DNA from: Geosiphon pyriformis uo1
Lineage: Eukaryota > Fungi > Glomeromycota
Assembly (NCBI GenBank): GCA_016748015.1
Contig: JAAOMT010000301.1
Span: forward strand, 1-64,000
Length of the DNA: 64,000 bases
Direction of reading: 5' to 3'
Part shown: positions 48,330 through 62,700 of the stretch, piece by piece
How the letters are laid out: every line of letters starts with the position of its first letter
Position numbering within the stretch: position 1 is the first letter of the stretch
Position numbers and translations under genes: made by a program
The notes under the pieces: generated by a model
Told to the model about the DNA's origin: nothing
Database searches by the model: none
Seen by the model: the letters and a program-made list of their open reading frames with translations, nothing else

Positions 48330-48541
48330 TTAATTGAAAATAAGTTTTTAGTTATTGTGTATTGACATGATAAAAAATGCATTATTGTAAAGTAATATTA
48401 ATTGACTTATGTGGAACATGTGTAAAAAATCCAATTTAAATTATTTATATTAAGCTATTTATCATAAATATAATCGTGTAATAAATAAAATAAATCACCC
48501 AATAATTAATCCCTTTACGCGACTTTGATTGATAATTGAAA

Positions 48542-49543
48542 ATGCCTTCACAAGAACTCGCAAGTTTCTTTGATTGTATTAATCTCCAAGAGAATACATT
48601 CTGGATTTCCTTTGCATCAATAACTTTTAACCCAATCTTTTGGAATTATGCGGCAAGAAAAGGTTTGATATACCAAAAGTTTCGAGATATATGACAAGTC
48701 AGAAATCAAAAACCTCATGAATGAATTAAATATTCATCATTTTAAATAAGAGCATAACTCAAGGTTCATAACTCGTCTTTCGAGAGGCAACGCCTACTAT
48801 GGCTGTTACGCCTTGGCTGTTACAATTTTCACACTGGGGATAGTCCGCGACTACTTGTAATCACTTTAATTTGTAACCTTTTCTTGAGTTTTATAAAGCA
48901 AAATAAGACTAATTTTCGAACATAAAATTCAGTTACAAAAACGCTATTGAACACCAGGCGCAACACTATGCTCTGCAAAAAGATTACGTTAAAGGAGCAG
49001 CTGTGGTCTTATTTACAGCAGGAAACTTGTTCGTTTTATCATCCATGTACGCCCTTGGTGTTACAGGAACTTATCTAGGTAAGAAATTTTACTTGATATC
49101 AAATAAATTTTTAATAGGTGGAACTGACATGTTTTGATGTAATTTATGAGGGGATTATTTCGGTATTCTCATGAATGAACGCGTCATGTCGTTTCCTTTC
49201 AATGTTCTTGAAAATCCTATGTATTATGGATCAACGATGACATTCTTGGCAACGGCTTTGTGGTGCGTCTGTTATCATTTTGTGTATAGTAGATTCTTCA
49301 AGTTATACAAAATTTGCGTCTTCCTCTGCTCCTGACCATTGTAGGTTTGCCAGTCCAGCGGGAATCCTCTTATCAGCTTGGGCTTTTGTATGTTATCTCA
49401 TTGCACTTCAATTTGAAGGGTATGTGTTTGGTATAATATTATTATATCCGATTTTTTAAGATTGACCTTGTAGTTCGAAAATTTCCAGACCATTCACTGC
49501 CATGATCTATGAGCGGCGTGATGCAGCCAGGCGCAAAGCTTAA
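48542..49543 (+). CDS. OPI3: Phospholipid (phosphatidyl-N-methylethanolamine) N-methyltransferase, 6 exons: 48542-48662, 48751-48856, 48933-49078, 49151-49262, 49345-49419, 49489-49543
   Basis: Spliced product has [69 protein letters not shown]; all introns GT-AG; absent from the ORF track. Confidence 0.93.
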
Positions 49544-49817
49544 AAAGGAAGAATAGAGTCGCAGCTGTAAATATCCGATTACCTTACAAACACTGAGAAT
49601 CAAGAATTTTATCTCAACATGGTATTGCGAAATATCCTGATAGCTGATCTGAGAATGGAGTTGAGAAAGTTAAAAATATTAACTAAGGGACTTGACTTTA
49701 CGTGTGAACTTTAGTGTAAAGAGAAGAATCAAATATTTTGCCTTACCCAGATTATTTGTTGTATTAATTACCTATCTCAAAAATTCCTTCGTATATCTAA
49801 TTTTCTTATCTACTTGT

Positions 49818-51474
49818 TTAACTTTTGGTCGTTGAACCCTGATATGTCGGATCTAGAGTAGAAAAATAAGCAAAACGCCTCTGTAATGAGCAAAAATTGA
49901 GGACCTGGCTAAAAAAAAATAACTTTGTTTTACCTTGACTTGGATAGAGAAATCCCTTAGGAGTAGCACCGGGAGGTGCAGGAATTTCCAATGACTCGAG
50001 TGGAGGAAGTATTAAAGGTTGTGGACCACTAGAAATGGTCTCTTCAATTTCAGCTTTAGGTCCAGTCGGCCGTGGACGGCCCCAAGCGACTTTCAAAGTA
50101 TGGCCTTTGATAGTCAAATTATTGTATGATTTATCTATCGCTTGCTCTGCAGAAGACCGTGTGGCGTAATTTACAAAAGCACACCGTGATTTGTGAACTA
50201 CCACAACAGATTTTATTTCTCCGAATGCGTAGAAGTGACCTCTAAATGAATAGAAATGAATCTTTTAGAATAAATGAAATAGGTTAAGAACTTTAAGAGT
50301 GCCTCATCAATACCTTAAGTCTGACTCCATTATATCATCTTCAACTCCAGTAATGAAAAGGGATGTCTGAAAATTTTGGGACGAAATGGTACGAAAAATA
50401 AATTGGTAGATTCACAATTAAAACCAACGAAAAATCCCGACATACAATTGATTTATCTTCAGGGGGAGCTATATTTGAGCTACCACCCCCTTTGACTCGA
50501 TTTAGAATTTTTTTAGCCACTGGGTCGTTAGTACCATAATAGCGATCCTTTATATTTTGGTGAGAGAGCTCATTTTCCTCGGGAACTTCGTGCCTTAAAT
50601 CCAGCCAATTATTTTAGTATGATATAAAGTCCAAAAACATGACTGATGGGTTTCTAGAATATCACCTATATGGACATTCGTCACCACGCTTGCAAGTACC
50701 CTTAACATAAAATGAACAGATGTGTGGCCTGTTTCGCTTGTAGTAAGGTTCTGTTCTTGCGAGTTTTTTTAGCATTTCGCGACCCGCAGTCTCAATCTTG
50801 TTGTATTGAATTAAACTGTCACCATTGTCGATCTGAGAATGTGAAGAGACTCTCAATATGATTTAAATTATATCAATCTTATTTCATATAAATATTCCAC
50901 CAACCTTTCCTTCTATATTTTGGGCGAAATATTCCCTATTTATATCAGATCTTGGAGCATCATTGGTTATATTCATAGCAGTATCTCGAACTTGAACAGG
51001 GAGATTATATTGGAGATCCAATAAGCAGGTTTGGCACACGTTCTTTAATTTGGCACAAGTCTGGCAAATCTCTGTCTTTTTGTATCGCATGCCAGCGCCA
51101 GGAAGCCAACGAAAAATAGTAAATGGGCGGGAACAGACCTAACGTGAAATATGAATTTTTAGTTTGGAGTTTGGTGAAGTAGTAATTTATGATAGGGAGT
51201 GTTAACTCACTTTACATTCTTTGCCGAAAGGTTGTTTAGTCTATGAAATTAATAAACAAAATTGTTATTTTCTTTTAAAATAGAGCTTCCTCTTTATCGT
51301 GCTTACCATTCGAACGTAAGGATTATCTCCTAAGCAGGTTTCACAGAGTATCGGGAAATCCTAAGAAATGATCCAGTGGATCAGCAAAAATTCAACAGTC
51401 ATATTTGTACTTTAAGAGAAACTACTAACCGACTCTTCCCAGCCTTGCTTGTTGGGATCCGCTTTAGTGACCAT
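49818..51474 (-). CDS. RBM22: Pre-mRNA splicing factor RBM22/ECM2(Slt11)/Cwf5, multi-exon
   Basis: [15 protein letters not shown]|[18 protein letters not shown]; [23 protein letters not shown]; [25 protein letters not shown]; RRM CAFVNY; ends [15 protein letters not shown]. Confidence 0.95.
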
Positions 51475-51542
51475 TGAAATTTTAGGGAGAAAACCTACTA
51501 TTTCTTAACTCGGTGTCGTTTATGTACGGTGTCGCAAGAATA

Positions 51543-51554
51543 AGTCACGTGACT
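51543..51554. promoter_or_regulatory. Palindromic E-box AGTCACGTGACT upstream of RBM22
   Basis: Perfect 12-bp palindrome about 70 bp upstream of the ATG, in a CpG-retaining segment. Confidence 0.5.
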
Positions 51555-51579
51555 GATTGAAAACAGATTACTAATGGTT

Positions 51580-52620
51580 TTTTAATTATTAGTTTAAATT
51601 ATAACCACTTTTATTTATGTTTAAATAAATAACATTAAGACTAAAAATAATGATTTATTTAACAAAAAGTACGTTTTTATAAAAAAATTTCTTCTTATAT
51701 TTTTATAATTTTTAATAATATAATTATTCAAAAAACTTTTTTAACTGTAAAAACAATTAAATAGCATTTTATTAAAATATTATTCTTAAATAATAATAAA
51801 ACCAAACAGTTTTTAGTTATTAAAAATACATTTTTTGTTTTTAAATAAAAGTTTTTTTAATTCTTTTTTAGAACTGTTTTTAATATTAATATTATTATTA
51901 TTAATTTTTTTTAAGATTTTTTTAAGATTTTTATTAGTATTGTTTTTAGTAATAGTTTTTAAATTAATAAAATTACATAAAAATTAAAATATAGCTTTAA
52001 TATAAGCCAATTTAATTTTTGTAATTTTATTAAGCATTAAAACAAAAATTATTTATTTAAAAAATTTTAATAATTTGTATTTTTAAAAAATAAAATAAAT
52101 AAATATTACAGTATATACAACTTAGTTTTGATTAAAAAATTTTTAAGTGACCAAATTTAAGATATTAATCTATTATTATAAAATATAACAATATTGTAAT
52201 TTTATTGATATAAATTCGAATTCTTAAATTATATGTTTACATAATTTTACAATTATAACTTGTATGTTTTATTATAATATATTATTATTAATGTTTGAAT
52301 TAGAAAGAATTAATTAATTAAAAAATGTTTAAAAATATTTAATATTTTTTTAATTGTATATAATATATATATAAAGATAACAACAATAGAATTAACAAAA
52401 AAACAAATAAATATTAAATACTACAAAATAAATAAAACTTATTTATGTACAAAAAATAATAATTATTTAAATATTATAATAATTATAAAAATTAAATATA
52501 ATTTAAAATATTTTGTAAAAAAATTGAATAAACTTTTTTTTTTCTATGTTTAAAATTCCCCAAAAAGCAATTTTTTTGAAAAAAAAAGTTTTTTTTGTTT
52601 TTTTTTGTTGTATTTTTTTC
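51580..52620. other. Extremely AT-rich low-complexity tract
   Basis: Almost no G/C and no ORFs; likely a terminally decayed repeat. Confidence 0.6.
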
Positions 52621-52639
52621 AATATTTCTCAAATTAATA

Positions 52640-52962
52640 ATTTATTTATAATAAATCTAGAAACTGCTTCAAATAACAATATGTTTAAGAAGAAAATGTC
52701 CAGAGATCTTTTATAGTCTTGTTAGTAATACTTTTTTTCAAAAAAAGAGAGTTTTAGTAAGCAATATTAAACATTCTAATAATAAAAAAAAAATTTTTTT
52801 GGTCAAATCTGGTCTTAATAGTAATATGTATTTGGATATAAATAGTAAGTTTAATGACAACAAAATTGACAATACTATAATAAAATTTGATAGTAGTTTT
52901 TTTTTTGGCTTAGCTGTAACAACTTTCAAAGTTAAAAGATTTAATACTGATTTAAATAGTAA
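52640..52962 (+). mobile_element. Possible LINE ORF1 5' remnant, interrupted by the G LTR
   Basis: Decayed MFKKK...KKRVLVSNIKHS...VKSG reading; recognised from memory of similar LINE ORF1 starts only. Confidence 0.35.
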
Positions 52963-55900
52963 TATTATAAGTAATTATTTGAAGTTTTAAAACAAATAAC
53001 AAACCTATAACTTAATGCTTAATAGCTATTAATAATAATAGTTTCCAAAAGTTTTGAAATCTAATGATTTTGGTTAAATCTTTTGTATAATGAACAAAAA
53101 TTTAATTAATGGTTTCTTCTGTGAATTTTTTTTTTCAGCATAATAGTCAGTTTATTTTAGCAATTATATCTTTTTGGTAAGTTATTTTTAAATTTTTATC
53201 TTTGTTCCTAAGTCTTTTATCAGACTATCCTTAATGTCAATTACTTAATGCTTAATTTTTTTAATTAATTAATAAACAACAAAAAAAATAAAAAATAAAA
53301 AATAAAAAAAAAAATGAAATAAAAAATTAATATCCTATTAATAGCCATTGTTGCCAGTAGAATTTTAGCTATTAATTAGCATGAAATTACCCTTATAATT
53401 TTTATTATTAATTAGCATATATCATTATCATTTCGATTATCACTTATTATTTAATCAAATTATCAAATATTATTACTCAATCAATAACTCGATTTGTACT
53501 CTAGAAATTAAGATGATCAAATTACACAATATCCTGAACCTTTTAACATAGTCAAAATTCGCCGAAATTAATGAAAATTCGCCGAAATAATCAATAGTTC
53601 AGTGGAATAACTTGTAAATTCGCCAAAATGTATCTTTAGTTCACCCAAATTGAAGAAAAGAGAAAAGTGCAAGTTCAAAGACTAGTACTACAATAAGTTG
53701 TATAAAAGAAGAGCCTCTCTCTTCAAAAAAATGTATCTTCTCATAGTATCTTAACATAGTATCTCCCTTTAGATATCTTAATTGAAACAAATCACCTTTT
53801 TACATATTTCAAATAAAAATTAAATATTCGAAACCCAAATCCTTTGATTATTGTACTTGAAATTCCCTCAACACAACTAACATTTCGAAATTGATTAGCT
53901 ACCAATTTCAGTAATCTGTTAGTGACTCCAGGCCTGAATAGAAAACGTTTCCCTTGATAAAATTCTATTTCTTTTACATTTCTTTTATTTTTCTTTATTT
54001 TCTTATTACAATCATTAGGGTAGCCTACAGACGAGATTCCTGTAGAAGAGTTAACTTTCACAGCAAAGTAACTACACATTTTAGTGAGCTTCTAGACAAG
54101 CAATTCCTGGAAAAGAGTTGACATTTACTACAATGTAACTACACAAAGTAAGTGGCACGGAATTGGCCATTCCACTTATAAGCCCAGCAGTTCAAATTAT
54201 AGAAGATAATTTGAAGATAAATTCAGTTACTGGAGGTCCAACTACTTTCTGGAAACGTGAATTCATAGCAAATCAGCATTTACAACATTCAAGAAAAGAG
54301 ACCAAAAGCCTCCAGTAACACCATAATCAAGAACTATTGATCCAGTATAATTAAGTATTAAATTCTATCAACATAAAATATTGATAATGTGAAAGTGATT
54401 AATATTTTTTTAATTAAGTAATAATAAAATAAATTAAATAATAATAGATAATTTTATTGATATTAATATGATTCCACTTCAAATTATAGAAAACTATTTT
54501 TTAAAGAAAGAGATATTAGATAATTACTAATTTCTAGCTACTATTCTAAACTCTAAACTGAATAAATACTTTTTTTGTTTTTAATACTCTTATTATATAT
54601 ACATAAATCTTATTATACAAGATCTCACATATTTTTGAGCAATATATTATAATTTTTTAACAATGTATTTATTGTTGAGCAATATGCCATAATTTTCTAA
54701 TAATATGTTTACTTATTAAGTATTATTCTTTTATTAACCTATTTTTACTATCTGTTTTTTTATTTTTTTTTGTACTTTTTTTTTATGAATAACATTAACT
54801 TCTCTTTTAATATTAAGCTTTATCAAAATATTTATTTTAAATTAAGTTTATTTTTTTTTAATCTGATGACAGTTTTTCTTGAGTATTAGAAATAAAATCT
54901 TGTATTGATATTATGTATGTATTTTAGTGTAATATTTTTATTATTATTGCTAAACTATTTAAGTTTTTGCTTCTTTAAAAGATCTGAAAGTACAATATAT
55001 TGTTTAGAATTGTAATTAAAGTTTGAATTGTTATTACTGTAGTTGTTATTATAGATAGAATTGGAACCATTGTTGTTATTATTATCAGAGTTTGAATTAG
55101 GATTAAATTACGATTTTAATTCTAAAGTACAGCTACTGATTGGTTTTTTTTCTTCAAGAATTGAATAAATTATGTATGGTGGTGAATTGTAAATAAAGTC
55201 ATAATTATTACAATATTCGAAGTTACTAAAAATTAAACAATGTCTAAAATCTAGTGTTTAATTATTCTAAATACTGCTCTTATTTTTTTCAAGTGAATGC
55301 TAAATTTTAATAATGTTCATAGAATTGTTTTGAATCACTCAGAATGTCAACAAAGATGTCTGGATTTGAAATAAAAATGGTTTTGATAAGTTCTAGTAAG
55401 TTGTTTTTAATTGCTAATATTTTACTAAATAAAGTGCTTTTAACTTTGGCATTTGCTATTCTCCAAATTTTGTTTTTATTGTATAGATAACTGTCTAAAT
55501 ACAAAAGCACTCAGTTTTATATAATGTTAAAAAACATTTTTTAGCTTATTTAGTTGCTTATAAGAATTGTGTATTGGCATAATATGTTGTATGTTTTTTT
55601 TTGACCAGAAATATTATTCTATATTTTTTTATTAAGTAGTGTTTTTTCATAAGCAAGATATAGTTTATTGTCTTATTTTTCTTGTTATTTTGAATAGCCA
55701 AAACATTTTTAATAATATGCTTTATAATAATAACAAGTATATGTTTTATAGTTTTTTTTTGGCAAAATTCAAGTTTCTATGAATAAAAGCTTTTTTTTAC
55801 AATTAATAGACCTAAAAAATATATAAGATAGTTGTTTTCTTGGTTTTGGAGTTGAGTAGAATCAATGTTAATTGCTGGCTGTTTCTTTAATAGTAGTAAT

Positions 55901-56220
55901 GTCTTGAAATTTGTCTTCTTTTTTTTTTTTTTTTTTGTTTTAAAAAAGTATTAATAATAATTTGTTGTAGTTATTTTTAGTTCACAAAACTTGATAGGCT
56001 TTCCAAGTAAGTTTGTTTATTTTTTTCTCAAATTCTATTAGTAGTTGTGATTAAGTTGTTTTAAAGTTATTGTAAATAACTGGTATTTGAGTATGCTGAT
56101 CATTTTGATTAAACTATAGCTTTTGAATATTCTAGTTAAATATAATATTGGTCTTAAACAACCAGTTATTACTAATAAAAGCTTAATATTGTATGACTTT
56201 TATAATAAAAACTTTGATGA
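52963..56220 (-). mobile_element. Highly decayed B-like element G (3' LTR 52963-54794, internally deleted, interrupted by H)
   Basis: LTR homology; PPT and pre-PPT motif at 54795-54830; jumps to dUTPase start, Cys-rich and PR remnants at ~54860. Confidence 0.7.
53349..54320 (+). repeat. Solo LTR of E family
   Basis: TGTTGCCAG...AGTAACA; perfect TSD CCAT at 53345-53348 and 54321-54324. Confidence 0.92.
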
Positions 56221-56726
56221 TGTTATTCATAAAAAAAAGTACAAGAGAAATAATAAAAAAAACAGATAAAAAAAATAAACCAATAAGAGAATAATATTAA
56301 ACATATAAGCATATTGTTAGTGAATTATAACATATTGCTTAGTAATATAAGCAATATCAATAGATTAGAATATATTACTTAGCAATATAAGCAATGTTAG
56401 TAGATTAGAACACATTGCTTGAGGAATTATAACACATTGTTTACAAATGTGTAAGATCTCATAGAACATCAATTATGTATATATAACAAAAGTATTAGAA
56501 ACAAAAAAAACAGAACACACAGCTAGAATCTCTAATTAAGAAATATAGTTAGAAGCAGTTCAAAATCCACATCACATATTAATAAATTATTAATTACTAC
56601 TTGAATTTATGTTATTATTGTTTGATTAAAGAAGATTAAATCATCTTTATTCTATCAACACTTAACCACACTGAAACAATAGCTCTTGATCATAGTTATT
56701 AATAAGATACTAATTTCTTTTTTTTT

Positions 56727-56762
<36 letters not shown>

Positions 56763-59700
56763 CTTTTTTATTTTATTTTTTATTTTTGTTTTGTTAATTT
56801 ACTAACTGATTAAAAAAATTAAAATGCAAAGTACTAATGTTAAGGAAGAGACTGGTAAAAAACTCAGGAATAAGAGTAGATATTTAAAATTAAGAGATAG
56901 CTTATCAAAAAACTGGCCATCAAGCTGAGAAAAAAATTGATAGAATAAGATATTCTGGAAAGCTATGAACAATAATACATACCAATTCAAGAGTTGGAAA
57001 AAAAATTAAATACATCACAACAAAATATCAACATTGAATCTTTGTTTATTATACAAAGAACTCAACTAAAACTTTTAGACACCAAAATTTTCAAACACCA
57101 AAACCTTCAGATATTACCAATATTATTAGCTATTGAGCATCAAGTTACAGTTTTGTTATTTGTATCAACATCTTAAATAATTATCTGTAAAATTTGGTGC
57201 TTCCTGTGAAATATAATTTAACAGAAAACTAATACTAGCAACAACTATCCGAAACAGTAATAGAATTAAAAGAACTAGAAACAAACCACTTGAGATTTGC
57301 AAAAGTTTTATTTCAATACTATTAAACTCACCTAGAATTAACAAGTAATTATTGGCCAGCAAAATCAATCTTCAACTTATATGTTAACAAAATGATTAAA
57401 TTTTATTTAGAAGACCAAAGAAATCTAGAAGCAGTACTCACTAATTTTTATAGTAAATTACTTCAGAATATCACACTTCCACAAAATTATTTGTTCATTC
57501 TAATAATCATAGAAATCAATAAAAAAATTGAAAAACACACCAAACAGAAATTTCTTATTATTTTTATAGACAACAACAAAAAAAAATTACAAACATCAAC
57601 AAAAACACCAAAAAACATACAACTACTTACTTAGAAGAAACCAAAAGTAGTTTTATTTATTCACCCATCATACTATCATACACCAGAAAATACCATTAAC
57701 ATAATATTAGTAAGTGTATTTACATCAACCACAAAAACACTATCAACAAAAATCATGTTTCAAAGCCAATAAAAAAAAGCCGACTTATTAGAAACTTATA
57801 ACAATTACTTTGAAGGATTTAAATTATGATTACCAATACTATCAGAATTTTGATCACCATTATCTTAACCCAATTTCGGAACCACTAGTCTTTAGAAAAT
57901 AACCAACTCTAAAAAAGAGGAAAACAAGAATTAGAAATTTAATTATCAAAATCTGATCTTAAAAAACCCAAAGATTCAAACTCCAATTGTTTTAATTTAG
58001 CAAAACCCAAATAATTCAAACTTAGCTTCTATTGTTTTTCAAAACTTATCTTCAATAATCATAATTGATTTACCACTAGTTGCTCTAATTGCTGAACAAC
58101 AACAGTCACAACAACCACTTCAATCACAACTATTACAACAATTGTTATCAATGGCATATGTACCAATTGCCAAATTAAAAAAATTCAATGGTAAAAAAAA
58201 CAATATCTAAGTTTGGTTAAATAACATCACAAAAGCCATTACCACCAATAATTAGAATAATGTTAAAGCTTTTCAAACTATTACCACCAATAATTGAGAT
58301 AATACTAAAGCTCTTTAAGCCATTCTGTATTTTTTCCAGAATACTGCCAACTTATAGTATCAAAGTTTGATCCAAAAGCCCCAAAATTTCAATGATTTCA
58401 AAACTGAATTTTTGAAATACTTTAATAATAATAACAGTATTAATTATCTTACAACTGCTTTTACTATCATTAAACAAGAAAAAATTGAAGCCATTACCAC
58501 ATACCTAGAATGTTTCCATAGAAATCTGCACCAAATATAACCAATTGATGCGAATTATTTTACAGTACCACAGATTTTGAATCAGTTTATCTGTAGTCTA
58601 CACAATAGTATCTTCCAGCACATATGTTCATTATATTCACAAACATTTCAAAATACAGTCACACACATCAAAAATTTCGAATTGGCTAAGCTAGAAGCCA
58701 ATTACACTCAAGTTATTAATCTAGTAATGAACAGATTATTTGACTTGGATTCCAAATTGAAACAATTCAGTAATTCAATTAATCAGAAACTTGAGAAATA
58801 CTTAGCTAACAATCAAGCAATATATTAACTTTTACAATGCCATAAAAATCCATAAAAATCCAATTGTATTTAGCAATAAACATGTCTGTTATTATTATTA
58901 AATCAATAGTGGCAAATAGAAATATGTAATTGCTACTACTGTAATAGACAAAACCATCTAAAAATAGATTGCTGCTTTAAAAAAAACAACTCATAATCAG
59001 AAAATCAATATTAAAATTCTGATTGCCAATTTTAAATCCCAAATTACATTAGTAATCAATTATCTAAACAATACTAATATCAGCTGCAGTATTTTTAAAT
59101 AACACAGCCAATTTATCAACTATCAATTTATTAAATATTAGCACTGGTAATTTATTAACCACCCCAGTCTCAAATTATTTATTAGCCTTAACCAAATTAG
59201 AGTTAGCTGTAAAACTTACTTCAAAATGAAAACCAAAGACTAAAAACTATTTAGATTTATTAGAATTGACAATTGGCAATAGTAATACACCAACTGATTT
59301 TCAGTTCAGCAGTCCAGCAATCTGAATTTCAACAGCAAAATTTAGGAACTAGCTATGCCCAATACTATTTAAGTCTTTTGGTATCTCCAGAAATTATCAC
59401 ATCCAATCTATCAGAACCCAATCAACTTTAACTACTTCTTAACACTATTTTACCAGCAACAATTACCAAAAACAAATTACTTACTGTTATCTTCTTTTTT
59501 AAACTTGAGGAAACAGTTAAAATGCCTTTATTCAGTAAAGCCACTTTGGAAGTAAAACCAATCACTGTAATGTATACTAATGTAAAATTTAACAACCAAT
59601 CTATTAAACTTATTCTTAATAGTGGGTTAGCAGATAGCATTATTACATGACAACTTATAAACCAATTAGATTACTGAATTGATTAAACTGTTAGTACAAA

Positions 59701-62700
59701 AATAATCATTATTAATGAAACAACAAAAACTTCAATTGACAAAATCAATGACTTTTTATTTGAAGTCAATAGTATTAAGGTACTAATCAAGATATTGGTA
59801 ATAGAAACTACCCAGTACCAAACTCTTGTTAATAATAACTGGCTGTCCAAAACTAATGCAGTACTCAATTAGAACACCCAGAAATTACAACTGAGCCAAA
59901 ATAACCAAAACATTCAAGTACTAGCTATGTATAGTTATTTCAAATCACAAACTATTCAATTACAACTACTAATAGAATTAGAAAAAAAAAAGAACAAATC
60001 TACTTGAGAAGTCTACCAAGTTTCATGACTAAAGAAAATTACAATACACTATTGTTAATTTTATTGTGGAATGACAAAAAAAAAAAAAGGAGGATAAACC
60101 ACAAAACATTATTAACACCAGTGAGACTGCCAACAGTTGGCACATCTTATACTTAATAAACACGAAAAAAGAACTGTTTTATATTCTTTTTAAGTGCATT
60201 GACTGTAAGAAGAAGCTTTTATCTATGGGAGCTTGGATTGTACCAGACAAAGACTACTGGATATATACCTATTATTACTGCAAACCATGTCATTGAAAAC
60301 ATTTTAGTTATCTAAAATAACAAAAAAAATGGAACAATAAACCATGTCTTATTTGTGAAGAGATACTACTTAACAAAAAAATATGGAATAACATTTTTGG
60401 TTAAGAAAGAATATATGATGTATCATGTCAATACACAATTTTTATTAACAATTAAATGAGCCAAAAAACACTTTTTAATGTCATCTGGAACCAAATACTT
60501 TTATACTTGAACAGTTATTCATATAATAAAGACAAAATCTGGTAAATAATAAGTGCCAAAATTGAAAATGCTTTGTTCAGTAAAATATTAGTAATTAAGA
60601 ACAACCCATCAAAACTGGTTAAAACTATTTTTATTTCCAATTCAGATGTATTTTTTGATATCTTAAGCAATCCAAAACAATTTTACAAACATTACCAAAA
60701 TCTAGCACTAATTAGAAAAAAACAAGAGCAGCAGTTAGAACAACTAACTTTAAGACTTTGTAAATACTGCCTAATTTTTAATGATTTCGAATATTGTAAT
60801 AATTGTGACTTTATCTAAAATCTATTATCACACATAATTTATTCAATTCTTGAAGAAAAAACTAATTAACAAGTACACAGTAGAATTAGAATCAAAAATC
60901 AATTACAATTTAGACTTTAACAATAATAACAACACCAGTTCTAACTCTATTTACTATGGCAATGATAACAATGATTCAAACTCTGATTATAACTCTGAAC
61001 AATATATTGTGCTTCCAAATTTTTTAATGGAGCAGGAACTAAAATGGTTCAGCAATAATAATAAAGATATTATACCAAAATGAATACATAATACCAATAC
61101 AAGATTTGATCTTAGATATCTTGAAAAAACTGTTATTAAACTGAAACCACATTTGCACATCAACATAAATTTGAAAATAGCATTAATAATTTCAGTAACA
61201 ACAATGTTTCAACTAGTATTAAGATCTAGCTTAGCAAAAAAAAGAATTAACATTAAAGAAAGAATAATTAATACAAAATATATAAGAAATATTATTGTAA
61301 TGCTATAAAATGACTCAGAAAAAAAATATATAATTGAACCAAATAAAAGAATAGCACAGGCCAAATTCCTATCTCTAATTAATATAGCTCAGTTAGTGTC
61401 AATAAGAACAAAAAAAAATTAGGGATCACAGTTAAAGGAAAAAATAGATTTAGATTAATAAATAGAATAGATGTACTAGTCAATATAGCAAAAAAAGAAT
61501 TAATTGACAAGAGAAAAATTATTTCCACCAGTTACTCAGTTTCTATTCTGTCATATAACCAGTATATATTAGTAATAGAAAGAAAAGTAAGAGATTAGTC
61601 CCAGATTTTTGAAGCAAAATCTACAATTTATAAATCAGGAAAGATTAAAATTACCAATTTCTATATATCAGTCAAGAACAATAAACACATCAAAATTCCT
61701 ATTTACAACACAATTGAAAACATTATCAAAATACCAAACAGTATCACCATCAGATACTTAAGCACTGAAGTTAAGAATTAACCACTAAATACTATTCCAA
61801 ATTTTTTACAATTGTGCAAATATGTGAATATTACATTACAAACTATATACAATATTACTCATAGAATATAAAAATTATATATTAGTACACAAATTAGCCA
61901 ATTAGAATAAAATGCAGTAAAAATAGAATTCCAAGATTTTTCTTAGAGGAATTACAGGATTCCAAAATTACAGAATTCTAATATAAAAAATTGCAAGATT
62001 TTAGGCTAGAAAATTGAGAAATTCAAGGAATCTTGTATAATGAAATTTATGTAGATATAGCAGTAGTTTTAAAAACAGAAAGAACAGAATTCTCTAACTA
62101 AAATTTTTAGCTTAGAATTACCAAATTCTAATATTCTATATCAATAAAAAAACTTATTGTAATTATAATTTATTGTCTGTTATCAATACTTTATATTAAT
62201 AGCAATTGATATTTAACTACACTAGACCAATAGCTCTTGATTATAACTATTAACAAGATACTAACTCTTTCTTGCCTTGGCTTATTTTTTTATTTTTTTT
62301 TATTTTTTATTTTTCTTTTGTTTTATTATTATTTATTAATTGATTAAAGATTAAACATACAAAGTTATTAATGTTAAAATAACTGGTAAAAGACTCAGAA
62401 ATAAGAGTAGAACACTCAAAAATTAAGAATAGCTTACCAGAAAAATTACTGGTCATTATGCTAAGAAAGAAATTCAATGGAATTGCAATTCTAGGAAGTG
62501 ATGAATAAAACAACATTTAAAGCTCTGTCTATTATACAAAAGACTCAACCAAAATCTTCAGATAACTAAAATTTTCAAATAATATTAATTGTATCAGCTA
62601 TTAAGCACCAAGTTATGGGTTTGTTATTTGATTTAAGATTTCAAATAATTACCTGTAATAATGAATAGGAGAAATGTTATTTGCTTCAACCAAAACAATT

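Noticed and set aside
56711-56790. Long poly-T tract as a retroposed tail or terminator
   Set aside because: Expanded or decayed T-rich segment present in all B-type LTRs
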